The translations under genes and the position numbers were made by a program. Source: an uncultured delta proteobacterium (GTDB taxonomy: Bacteria > Desulfobacterota > Binatia > Binatales > Binataceae). From it: a DNA stretch of 64,000 nucleotides. The notes under the pieces were generated by a model, which made no database searches, was not told the origin of the DNA, and saw nothing but the letters and a program-made list of their open reading frames with translations. Below are positions 29,350-38,619 of this stretch, piece after piece; positions within the stretch are counted from its first letter, which is position 1, and each line of letters begins with the position of its first letter. The stretch is taken from positions 480,001 to 544,000 of the forward strand of contig CAVRVY010000001.1 in NCBI GenBank assembly GCA_963724765.1, read 5' to 3'.

Positions 29350-30108
29350 TCATCGCGGCGGTACAATAATGGTCACCTTCCGCGCCTGTGGACCCATTGC
29401 CCATGTGATGTAGCCGCTCGTTTCGACCTTGACTTGAACCAAGTCGGAAACCTTGAACAGGTGCGGCGGAATTGTCCGGAGCACTGGCAGCATATAAGCA
29501 AAAATTGAGAACATCCTCGGTGAAGCCCCCGTCTCGGGCTCTCTGGTTGAGTTTATGATCTGAGTTGGTGACAGCACGTTCGGACTTTCGACACCCCATT
29601 CCACGTAAGGGACGAGAAAATCACATGCCGCTGTTACCTGATCGCCCAATAGATGACCGTGTACCTGGATCGTTATCTCGTGGAGGCTCCCTTGCACCTC
29701 CATCAGACCCGTTATCTGTCCGTAAAAATTATTTTGCGAGTCGCGAATACCCTGGATCTTCTGCGGGATGAAAGTGATTTCGGGATAGCGGGCGACATCG
29801 AGCACGCCATTCCTTATGATGGCATCGCGCAACTGTTCTTTGCTGTCCTCGCTGGCGGCGTCTATTTCGATTTTACCGGTGGCATTGCCAGTTTCGGGAT
29901 CGACGCGAATGTTTCCGCTTTTGAGTGCGAACCGGCCGTTGGTCGTGTGGAGGTTTCCTAGTAGCGTGAAATCGATATTGGTGTGCGCAGGATCGAGTTG
30001 AACAATGTCGGTCTGCGGCAGGGCATTCGATTGCGCATGGGCAATCGGAATCGGCTGTGCATTCAGGGCTGCGACTGCAGCCGCAAAAACATAGGATCTC
30101 AACATCAT
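29350..30108 (-). CDS. YceI family lipid/polyisoprenoid-binding periplasmic protein
   Basis: Signal peptide, LDPAHT.I.F, G.F, RD, LD..RYP.I.F motifs; C-terminal extension. Confidence 0.8.
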   Translation of the reverse strand: MMLRSYVFAAAVAALNAQPIPIAHAQSNALPQTDIVQLDPAHTNIDFTLLGNLHTTNGRFALKSGNIRVDPETGNATGKIEIDAASEDSKEQLRDAIIRNGVLDVARYPEITFIPQKIQGIRDSQNNFYGQITGLMEVQGSLHEITIQVHGHLLGDQVTAACDFLVPYVEWGVESPNVLSPTQIINSTREPETGASPRMFSIFAYMLPVLRTIPPHLFKVSDLVQVKVETSGYITWAMGPQARKVTIIVPPR

Positions 30109-30240
30109 AGCGCTTCGCCTATAACTCCGGGAGTTCAACTGTTGAACCTGAGCAGTCTCCCAAAACCAACCCGCGATCTCGTTAATGTCGATCGAAATTG
30201 CAGAAATGACAGAAATGATCCTCCTGACCATCTACAACTC

Positions 30241-31371
30241 CTATCTCTGAGCGGGACTCACGCAAACGAAATGGCGAGCAAATCTGGCGATAACACCAGG
30301 CGGAATGGCGCTTAGCGATAATGCCGCCGTATGAACGCCGAGCATGAACCCGAACATCTGCGATTGCGAATTCAGTGCATGTAACACCCGACGCCGTAGC
30401 CCCGCCCGAGCACCGACGCAGAGCATTAGGTTGGCCATGCGTCTAGGCACACGAGTGATATGCCGGTGAACAATCTGATATTTCGCAAGATCCTGCTGCT
30501 CGACGGCCTCGGCGAGCGTGAGGGCCTGGCGGAACCCAAGTGAAAGACCTTCGCCTGTAAGAGCGTCGACCGACCCGGAGGCGTCCCCGACTAGCGCGAC
30601 TCGGTCGCGGACGACAGAACGTATCTCGCTGGACCCGGAAACTGCTCCCCGGACGGAACTGGTCGCACGCGCACCCCTTAGGCGTCGACAAAGCTCCGGA
30701 AAGAGCTCGATCAGTTCCGCCATAGGTCCGCAATGGGCGCTTGCGAAAACTGAAATGCACACTTCGTTCCAGGCTATGGGTGTCACAACCGCCTGCCCCA
30801 GGTTATGCCAATGCACTTCGACGAAATCGGTCCACGGCCTCGCCCGGAAATGCTGCCGAAGTCCGATTCTGCGGCGAGCGTTCGAAGGTAGTCGAAATCC
30901 TGCCCATCGCCTGACGCGCGATTCGCGGCCATCTGCGCCCACGATCCATCGACATGGCACATTTCGTCCGGCTATCCGGACCCCGGCGCTGCTCACGCCA
31001 GTAACGGGCTCACCCCAGCGCGTGACGACGCCAGCTTCCTCAGCTCGAAGGGCCAACATTTGATGAAGGACGGGGCGTCGAATACCGAGACCATGTCCCA
31101 CAACTGCAGGAAAATAAGCTTCGGCGGATAATCCCGCATCTATAAAGCGGATGCCATAAAAGGGAAGAGCGTTACTATTACTAGTGTCTACTTGTACACC
31201 TAGGACACGAAGGGCCGAGACTCCTTCAGGCATAACGCCTTCGCCACAGGGCTTGTCGATCGGCGGCTGAGCCTTATCTGCGACGAGTACTTCGAGGCCA
31301 CGCTGGCGAGCTGCGATCGCAGCGGCAAGTCCGACGGGGCCGCCGCCGACAACGACAAGGTCCGGTGCCAT
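30241..31371 (-). CDS. FAD-dependent oxidoreductase/monooxygenase of a type III PKS operon
   Basis: VVGGGPVG, DKPCGEG, GADG..S.VR and LVGDASG.VDALTGEG motifs. Confidence 0.88.
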   Translation of the reverse strand: MAPDLVVVGGGPVGLAAAIAARQRGLEVLVADKAQPPIDKPCGEGVMPEGVSALRVLGVQVDTSNSNALPFYGIRFIDAGLSAEAYFPAVVGHGLGIRRPVLHQMLALRAEEAGVVTRWGEPVTGVSSAGVRIAGRNVPCRWIVGADGRESRVRRWAGFRLPSNARRRIGLRQHFRARPWTDFVEVHWHNLGQAVVTPIAWNEVCISVFASAHCGPMAELIELFPELCRRLRGARATSSVRGAVSGSSEIRSVVRDRVALVGDASGSVDALTGEGLSLGFRQALTLAEAVEQQDLAKYQIVHRHITRVPRRMANLMLCVGARAGLRRRVLHALNSQSQMFGFMLGVHTAALSLSAIPPGVIARFARHFVCVSPAQR

Positions 31372-31375
31372 CTAC

Positions 31376-32425
31376 TTACCAGCGAATCAGAATCAATTCG
31401 GAGCAGAACCCCGGGCCCATCGCCGCAAGCAGACCGAGCGTACCCGGCTTAGGCCGACAGGACGTCATCGTCTCTTCCAGGACGAGCAACACGGACGCCG
31501 ACGATATGTTGCCGTGTCGGCGCAGACAGTCCCACGACAGCTTTAAGTCATGGTCGGAAAGACCCAGCGCGCGTTCGACCGCCTCCAAAATCTTTGGCCC
31601 GCCCGTATGAATAACCCAGTTGCCGATATCGCTCCGGCTCAGGGCAAAGTCAGCCAGAAAGCGATCGAGGTCGGCACCTAAGTGCTGCTGAATAAGCTCC
31701 GGTAGTTTCGGAGACAAAACGATCCGGAAACCCTTTTCAGAGATGTCCCAGCCCATGATCTCCTCGGAATTGGGGTAGAAGACGGAGCGAGTTCCGAGAA
31801 TTGCGGGTCCGACGGACGGCCTCTCCGCGCCAACGACGATTACCGCTGCAGCACCATCGCCAAAGAGACCTGTCGAGATCAGATTTGGAGTCGACACGTC
31901 GTCGCGCTGCAGCGTCAGCGAACAGACCTCGACCGCCAGCAGCGCGGCGGCTTGTGTGGGATAAGCCCTCACGTAGTCAGCCGCGCGGGTTAGGCCAGTC
32001 GCTCCACCGACACAGCCCAGGCCAAAGATTGGCGTCCGCTTGATATCGGGCCGCAGTGTCATTCGGTTGATCAGGCGCGCGTCAAGTGACGGGCTCGCCA
32101 CTCCAGTGATCGAAACGACGAAGAGGGCATCGAGGTCGCGGCGCGTCACACCGGCGCGCTCCAATGCGCCATCTACCGCCTTTTCTCCTAGTTGCTCGGC
32201 GATCTCGATCCAGGCGCAGTTGGACTGCCCCCACGTTTCGAAGCGCTTGTAGTCTGCGAGTGAGAAGGCAAAATTGCGATAGTCGACACCGGTCCGCGAA
32301 TGCAGGCGTGTGAGAAGTTCGGGGCACTGGAGCTTCTCACCCCAATGAGCCCGCAGAGCGTCGGTGATTAAGTATTGATGGTAGCGATGAGATGGAAACG
32401 CGCCTGCTGCTCCAGCGATCTTCAT
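31376..32425 (-). CDS. Type III polyketide synthase (alkylresorcinol/alkylpyrone type)
   Basis: Catalytic triad GLGCVGG, HTGG, GNISS; LFGDGAAA; MGPGFCSE. Confidence 0.93.
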   Translation of the reverse strand: MKIAGAAGAFPSHRYHQYLITDALRAHWGEKLQCPELLTRLHSRTGVDYRNFAFSLADYKRFETWGQSNCAWIEIAEQLGEKAVDGALERAGVTRRDLDALFVVSITGVASPSLDARLINRMTLRPDIKRTPIFGLGCVGGATGLTRAADYVRAYPTQAAALLAVEVCSLTLQRDDVSTPNLISTGLFGDGAAAVIVVGAERPSVGPAILGTRSVFYPNSEEIMGWDISEKGFRIVLSPKLPELIQQHLGADLDRFLADFALSRSDIGNWVIHTGGPKILEAVERALGLSDHDLKLSWDCLRRHGNISSASVLLVLEETMTSCRPKPGTLGLLAAMGPGFCSELILIRW

Positions 32426-32624
32426 TCTTCACTCTCCAGCAATAAGCACTCACGATGCACAGTCGGCGATTTCTTCTTACCGATTCCACTGTTCGTGACA
32501 TTTCGCTTTTGTTCACGCACTCGTCGAAGACGCCGCCTTTGAAACAGAAGAAAGGGCTGGTGAAACGCACGCGTAGGAGAAGCGCGAATCTGCGGTTCTC
32601 AGCCGCTTCCACACCACACACAGG

Positions 32625-32920
32625 CCATATCCAGGGACCACGCAGTCGATAGGCATCGCGGGATGCCGGAACCGGCCGAGTCAGTGGGCCCGCCTGGAAT
32701 CGTCAAAAATGCCTCGAACAAGGCCCTCGAAATTAAGTCGACCGCCTGGAGAGCGCGATGCACGCAGATCCCAGATACATGAGCTGCAGTGCAAACAGCA
32801 CGACGGTGCTCCATGCGAGCAGCGGATTAAGGAGCAGCGTTTCCAGAGTTTTGATGATGCCTTTATCGACCTCTACCTCGAGAGGACCGCCGTCTTTAGG
32901 GTAGAGGTCGAAGAAGCTTA
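32625..32920 (-). pseudogene. Degraded C-terminal fragment paralogous to the GT-C gene at 24427-25832
   Basis: FFDLYPKDGGPLEVEVDKGI..., IPGGP and RFRHPAMPI match the C-terminus of that gene. Confidence 0.85.
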
Positions 32921-32926
32921 GGAGAG

Positions 32927-33055
32927 AGCAAACGTCTTGCCATCGACCGCCGCCGGAACTAAATGGTAGAAAACTTGGGCATCTTCCCATCTCCGGGTTC
33001 AATAGAATTGCAGCCTGTCCAAGAATTTGGACGCTGCTGTCCGAAGTTTGCGACA
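32927..33055 (-). promoter_or_regulatory. Enhancer (33016-33055) plus sigma54 promoter TGGCAAGACGTTTGCT (32927-32942), copy C, pointing toward the PKS operon
   Basis: Inverted third copy with the same 22-bp site period and GG-N10-GC. Confidence 0.8.
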
Positions 33056-33462
33056 ATCAGATCAACTTGATAAGCCTGAAGTTGCTCAAGGCTTTATTTT
33101 TTGCAACAGAAAGCACCCCGCCCACGCTCTTTGCCGCGGCATGCGATCTGCTTATGTGCCAAAAGCAAGAGCGGCGTGGATAAACGAATCTGATTGGACT
33201 TTCGTTGGTCGGTTCCGGTGCGCAAGCAACAGCTTTTATTTCGCGACCCTAAATGCTCGAGCTGCTGGCGGCTGCGAGCAAGCGCCGCTCTTTAAGATTT
33301 TGGCTCGGTACTTGGCGACAGCACGGCACAGGCGGCAACCTGCAGCATGCGAAGCATCGAGATGCGCTGCGTGGTTGGATGGTTCACAGCGTTGTTCATG
33401 TTTTTGATGCTCGGCGTCCGCTGGCCCAGCTCCGGTTCTGAGGTAGGGATAAACTATAGCTT

Positions 33463-34356
33463 TTGAGTATAGCTACGGTGCATCCCCTGACGAAAAGAAG
33501 TTCAATTGGCTTGCTCGCTCCCGTCTTTCTGCTGCTCTTCGCTTCGGGTCTGGCGAATGCCCAGCCGCCGAGCGTCTCGGCAGTTGGCAATGAACTGACA
33601 TCCGATTTCAAATACCTCGTCAACAATACCCTGTTGGACGCAGAGGATGCCTTTACCTCGCCTTTATACGTGGCGGCGCCCGACAGTGCGCTGCGCTCAC
33701 CCAAGTTTTACCTGGTGCTGGCGGGCGCGGGCGCAATCTTCGGCGGCTCGTTCGCGCTGGACCAGACGATGCGCAGTCACCTGGGCGGCATGAGCAGTAG
33801 CGACGCGGACCTTTTGCAGAACGTCAGCTACGGCTCGGTCAGCGCTGCGACGGCGCTCCTGTACGGCTACGGGCTTTGGAACGATGATCATCGAGCAAGA
33901 GAATACGCGCTTACCGCTGGCGAGGGGGCGGGAATAGCAACGCTCGTTGACATTGGGATTAAGGCGGGGTTTGGCCGCCTGCGGCCAAGCCAAACGGGCA
34001 GCCACACCGCGTTTTTCCATGGTGGGCAGTCGTTTGTCTCGGGCGACGTAACGCCGATGTTCGCCCTCGCCGCCGGAGTGAGCGAATACTACGACAATCG
34101 CTGGTCCGTGGCCGTACCGATCTACTCGCTCGCGCTGCTCGACGGTTTCGGTCGTATGGGGAACAACGCCCATTGGTTCTCGGACGTGGTCGGCGCCGCG
34201 CTGCTCGGCGTCGGCACCACGGAGCTCCTTCTTTGGCTCCACAAGCGCCACGAGGCGGAACCGAGCCGGTGGCGGATCTTCTCGATGAGCGCGCCTTCGG
34301 GGCCGAGGGCTAGCACCCAACCGTCAGTTGGGATGGGCGTAGCTTATAACTGGTAG
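33463..34356 (+). CDS. PAP2 family membrane phosphatase-like protein
   Basis: K......RP, SFVSGD (PSGH variant), R.....HW.SDV; N-terminal signal; start uncertain. Confidence 0.8.
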   Translation: MSIATVHPLTKRSSIGLLAPVFLLLFASGLANAQPPSVSAVGNELTSDFKYLVNNTLLDAEDAFTSPLYVAAPDSALRSPKFYLVLAGAGAIFGGSFALDQTMRSHLGGMSSSDADLLQNVSYGSVSAATALLYGYGLWNDDHRAREYALTAGEGAGIATLVDIGIKAGFGRLRPSQTGSHTAFFHGGQSFVSGDVTPMFALAAGVSEYYDNRWSVAVPIYSLALLDGFGRMGNNAHWFSDVVGAALLGVGTTELLLWLHKRHEAEPSRWRIFSMSAPSGPRASTQPSVGMGVAYNW

Positions 34357-34546
34357 ACGGCGGGGAATCGCTCAACGGCTCCCTGCAAGATGATTTTTCC
34401 GGCGCAGCGGCGAGACGACCGCTTGAGATATGAAAACGGTTGCCGATAACGACTAAAATGGGGAACTTCAAAGGTGTGGTCTCGGACAGGTCCGTCGCAC
34501 AGTCTCCTGCGGGCACCTCAGTTTTCGGCAGTAGGCGTTCGGCTCG

Positions 34547-35926
34547 ATGAAGGCCGGCTTAAAGGAGCGGAGTGCGCTATTCTGCATGGTGGCCGCGATC
34601 GCTGGACATAAACGCGCTATGGGCCAATGGCCTTTCAGCACCCTTGCGCTGACAATCGGCCATGGCGATTCCGATTTCGTGGCGAGCGACTTTGAGTCTT
34701 TTCGCCGCCAGGAGTTCCTATTTGCCCTCCTGAATCTGCTCCTGATCGGTGCGCTGTTGGCACTACAAGCCTTCTCCCGATTCGTTCGCGGCAGACCTGC
34801 AGCTTCCGTCGTCTGGGTTCTGGCAGTTGGCTTGGTGATGCAAGCGGTTCACCTTACATGGTTAAACTGGAGAACTGCACCACTGTCGCTCCCGAAGCGG
34901 AGGGTCTTCACGTTCTGGTCGCTCGGGTTCAACTCAGCGCTCGCCTTTGTTCTTACCTTCATCACCATAAGAGGCGATACCGCTTACTACGCTCTGATGC
35001 TGCTGCCGGTGCTCGAAGCCGCATTTAGGCTTGGCCTTGGCGCCACAATCGCGGTGGCAGTGCTGGCGGACTTCGTCTGTTTCCTCGGAGCTTATGGGAT
35101 GAAGTTCGGCGAGTACATCGAAGCTGGCGCAATGTCCGTGATTTTTACAGTAATGGGAGTTCTCGTATGGCTTTTGGTCAACAATCTCCGTCAGCGCGAG
35201 GCGCGATTCGTGCGCAACCTCGAGGAACTTGAGCGGACCCGCCTGCAACTGCTTTCCGAAGAAAAGCTCGCGGCGGTGGGTCGACTGTCGAGGGCAATCG
35301 CACACGAAATTCGAAATCCCGTCGCAATGATTGCTAGTTCGCTCGCGACTGCCGCACGCGCAGGCCAGGACGAGGCCGAACGGAAGGAAATGTTCGCAAT
35401 CGCGGCCAAGGAAGCCACCCGTCTTGAGCGGCTCACTAGCGATTTTCTCGTTTACGCTCGTCCACGGGCGCCGCAAATCGGCCATGCGAACCTCGCCGAT
35501 ATCCTCAACTACGTCGCAACCCTCTCCCGTGCTCACGCGGCAAATAATGGCGTGGCAATTGATGTTCTTGCCGACCGTGACCTGGAAGGGGACTTCGACG
35601 CCGGGCAGGTTCAGCAGGCGCTTTTGAATCTGGTTCTGAACGCAATCGACGCATGCCGCCGTGGCGACTCGGTCGGACTCAAGGCTGAAAAGAACGGAGG
35701 CGCCGCGATACGGATCGATGTGATCGATCCAGCCGGTCCGATCCCAGGTGACACGGTCGGCCGCATTTTTGAACCGCTATTTACTACCAAGCAGGGAGGA
35801 AACGGGCTCGGCCTCGCCATCGCACGCAATATCGTCCGTGCGCATGGCGGCGACATAGTGCTCAGAATCAACGAGCCGAGCCTCGTATGCTTTTCGATCG
35901 AAATCCCCGGGCATTCTCCCAACTAA
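34547..35926 (+). CDS. Membrane-embedded sensor histidine kinase
   Basis: About 5-6 TM helices, EKLAAVG, AHEIRNP, NLVLNA, IFEP.FTTK, GLGL; start uncertain. Confidence 0.92.
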   Translation: MKAGLKERSALFCMVAAIAGHKRAMGQWPFSTLALTIGHGDSDFVASDFESFRRQEFLFALLNLLLIGALLALQAFSRFVRGRPAASVVWVLAVGLVMQAVHLTWLNWRTAPLSLPKRRVFTFWSLGFNSALAFVLTFITIRGDTAYYALMLLPVLEAAFRLGLGATIAVAVLADFVCFLGAYGMKFGEYIEAGAMSVIFTVMGVLVWLLVNNLRQREARFVRNLEELERTRLQLLSEEKLAAVGRLSRAIAHEIRNPVAMIASSLATAARAGQDEAERKEMFAIAAKEATRLERLTSDFLVYARPRAPQIGHANLADILNYVATLSRAHAANNGVAIDVLADRDLEGDFDAGQVQQALLNLVLNAIDACRRGDSVGLKAEKNGGAAIRIDVIDPAGPIPGDTVGRIFEPLFTTKQGGNGLGLAIARNIVRAHGGDIVLRINEPSLVCFSIEIPGHSPN

Positions 35927-35947
35927 ATCGCACTGTGGGAATACACG

Positions 35948-37354
35948 ATGGGCAAGATATTGATCGTAGATGACGAGCCGCACCTGCGGCGGATCCTAAC
36001 CTCCAATCTGAAGCATGAGGGCCATGAGATAGTCGAGGCAGCCGGCGTCAGCGACGCGCGGCGTGCCCTAACCGAGTTTCGTTTTGATGCAGTCATAACG
36101 GACCAGAAAATGGGCGATGGCGAAGGGTTGGATGTTCTAGCCTCCGCGCACGAGACGGATTCTGCTTTATCAGTCGTCTTCCTGACAGCGTTTGCTACCA
36201 TAGAGCTCGCGGTCGAAAGCATGCGCCGTGGCTCCTTTGATTTCATCACCAAGCCATTCGCGCCTGAAGTCCTGCTTGCGTCCACTAGCCGTGCGGTGGA
36301 GCACACCAGACTCTTACGCGAGAATGGTAGGCTCCGTGACGAGGTATTACGCCTCGAAGGTTCCTCGGAGATTACGGGACGGAGCTCTGCGATTCGCGAG
36401 CTTCGCGAGAAGATCACACGCGTTGCACCAACGAACGTGACGGTTTTCATCACTGGAGAAACAGGTACCGGCAAGGAACTTGTAGCCCGCGCGGTTCACT
36501 GCAGTAGCGGTCGCGCTTCAAAACCTCTCGTTGCCGTCAACTGTGCAGCTTTTACCGAGACACTTCTGGAAAGCGAATTGTTCGGCCACGAGCGCGGGGC
36601 ATTCACTGGTGCCGATCGCGCGCGCGAGGGCCTGTTCGAGGCCGCGCACGAAGGCACGCTCTTCCTGGACGAGGCCGGAGAGTTGTCCATGCCCGCGCAG
36701 GCAAAGCTGCTGCGCGTGCTCACGGACGGGCTGGTGACGCGAATCGGCTCGACCAAGCCGCGCCAGGTCGATGTCCGGCTTATTGTCGCGACACATCGCG
36801 ATTTGAAGCAACGGGTGCAGGATGGTCTCTTTCGGGACGACCTGTATTACCGTCTCGCCGTCGTGCCGCTGGAGGTTCCCCCTCTTCGCGAGCGCAGAGA
36901 AGACATACCAGCACTATGCGAACTTTTTCTAATGCACGCGGCACGTGATCTAAAGGTGGCACCGCGGAGGATCGGCGCAGACGCGATGCGCACCCTCCTG
37001 AGCTACGACTTCCCAGGTAATATTCGCGAACTGAGGAATCTCATTGAACGAGCTTGTATTCTCTCGATTGGGGCTGAGATCACATCGGAGAATTTTCCCA
37101 TGGCAGCCCAGATCCGCACTGCCGGCGTTCCCGTCGACCGCGCGAGCCCGATCACTCCTAATGAAGTCGCCGAAATGATGTCCGAGACCCTGGACCTGCG
37201 CGAGTTCTTGGCCTCGCTCGAAAAGGCGGTCATTCAACGAGCGCTCAGAGCCACTAGTGGAGCGCAGGCTGAGGCTGCACGGAGGCTTGGCCTTTCGCGA
37301 AGTGACGTTTCCTACAAGCTGGGAAAGCACAACATCAAAACGGCCGCGAGCTGA
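35948..37354 (+). CDS. NtrC-family sigma54-dependent response regulator
   Basis: REC (ILIVDDE), GETGTGKE, ESELFGHERGAFTGA, LFLDE, FR.DLYYRL, PGNIREL and Fis-type HTH. Confidence 0.95.
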   Translation: MGKILIVDDEPHLRRILTSNLKHEGHEIVEAAGVSDARRALTEFRFDAVITDQKMGDGEGLDVLASAHETDSALSVVFLTAFATIELAVESMRRGSFDFITKPFAPEVLLASTSRAVEHTRLLRENGRLRDEVLRLEGSSEITGRSSAIRELREKITRVAPTNVTVFITGETGTGKELVARAVHCSSGRASKPLVAVNCAAFTETLLESELFGHERGAFTGADRAREGLFEAAHEGTLFLDEAGELSMPAQAKLLRVLTDGLVTRIGSTKPRQVDVRLIVATHRDLKQRVQDGLFRDDLYYRLAVVPLEVPPLRERREDIPALCELFLMHAARDLKVAPRRIGADAMRTLLSYDFPGNIRELRNLIERACILSIGAEITSENFPMAAQIRTAGVPVDRASPITPNEVAEMMSETLDLREFLASLEKAVIQRALRATSGAQAEAARRLGLSRSDVSYKLGKHNIKTAAS

Positions 37355-37395
37355 GTCTGGAACCGACGATAGCGTGCACGATGGATCTTGCTCTT

Positions 37396-37583
37396 ATACG
37401 GAGCCTCAATTGGCGCGTCGGTTAGGCGGCACATCGAGCTCGACTACACGCGCCGCCGAGGAGAACCCGATGACGCCTGAGCTGCGGCCATCATCGGTGC
37501 TGAACCTTGGTGTCGGAGTTGGGCCTACCCGAGGTGCGCAACGGTTTATTCCTGAAATCGATCGTGGTCTGGACCCCGCCTAA
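37396..37583 (+). pseudogene. Degraded, internally deleted paralog of the beta-barrel gene at 22986-23768
   Basis: DNA/peptide matches to IELDY.RAAEENP.T.ELRP and LNLGVG.G.TR..NG.FLKSIV.WT. Confidence 0.8.
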
Positions 37584-37649
37584 GATGAAAAATACCGTCG
37601 CAGACCCAACGACAGCTGTTGCCGCTGCCGGGAAGGAAGACCACCCGTT

Positions 37650-38606
37650 ATGTCGTTTCCCGGTCTGATTGAAGCTGCTCACCTTCGGAAAAGCTACGGC
37701 GCACGTTTGGCCATAGATGACCTGACCTTCAGCGTGAAGTCCGGCGAAGTTGTCGGTTTGCTTGGTCCCAATGGCGCCGGTAAAACCACTACCCTGTCGA
37801 TTCTCGCGACGCTGGCCGCACCCGATGCCGGCGAAGTTCGGATTGCCGGGATCGATTCGCGTGTGGCTCCTGATAGTCTGCGGCGAAAGCTCGGCTTTGT
37901 TCCGCAGTCTATAGCTCTCTACCCGCCACTAAGCGCATTTCGAAACTTGGAAGTCTTCGCTCGCGTCCATGGGCTGACTCGACGGCTGGCAGAAGCCCGC
38001 AGCATCGAAGCCCTCGACTCCGTCGGACTTCGCGATCGCGCAGATGATCCCGTCTGGACGCTCTCGGGCGGAATGAAGCGGCGGCTCAATCTCGCCTGCG
38101 GGATGGTTCATCGACCAGAGGTGCTGCTCCTCGACGAACCGACCGTCGGCGTCGATCCGCAGTCACGCGAACGCATCTTGACGACGATTCGTGCTTTGAC
38201 TGATTCCGGCGTCGCGGTGCTCTACAGCACGCATTACATGGAGGAGGTCGAACGCATGTGCGATCGCGCTTTCCTGATTGACCGGGGCAAGCTGATGGCC
38301 CAAGGCACGGTCGCTCAGCTGATCGAGCTGGGCGGTCGCCATCCTCGCATGAAGATTACGTTCGAAACCCCGCCACGACCTGGATGGTACGACGGTCTAT
38401 CGGGGGTAAGAGAGCTCGCGCCGGCGACTGCCGAAACCACGGTCGCGCTCGAACTCACAAACCTCAGGCAGGTCAGCGAATTGCTGGAGCGGGCACACAA
38501 CGTTGGTGGCCAACCGCTGGAATTCGCGGTGCATAGTCCCAACTTGTCCGACGCTTTTATCGCGTTAACCGGTCACGCGCTGCGCGACGCGACTCCTGAG
38601 ATTTAA
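37650..38606 (+). CDS. ABC exporter ATP-binding protein
   Basis: GPNGAGKTT, LSGGMKRR, LLDEPT.GVDP, THYM.E. Confidence 0.93.
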   Translation: MSFPGLIEAAHLRKSYGARLAIDDLTFSVKSGEVVGLLGPNGAGKTTTLSILATLAAPDAGEVRIAGIDSRVAPDSLRRKLGFVPQSIALYPPLSAFRNLEVFARVHGLTRRLAEARSIEALDSVGLRDRADDPVWTLSGGMKRRLNLACGMVHRPEVLLLDEPTVGVDPQSRERILTTIRALTDSGVAVLYSTHYMEEVERMCDRAFLIDRGKLMAQGTVAQLIELGGRHPRMKITFETPPRPGWYDGLSGVRELAPATAETTVALELTNLRQVSELLERAHNVGGQPLEFAVHSPNLSDAFIALTGHALRDATPEI

Positions 38607-38619
38607 CGAGGATTCGCTA

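Noticed and set aside
33137-33152. CGGCATGCGATCTGCT as a sigma54 promoter for PAP2-HK-RR
   Set aside because: The spacing is right and it lies divergent from enhancer C, but the match is weak (no TGGC, no TTGC); not called without TSS data.
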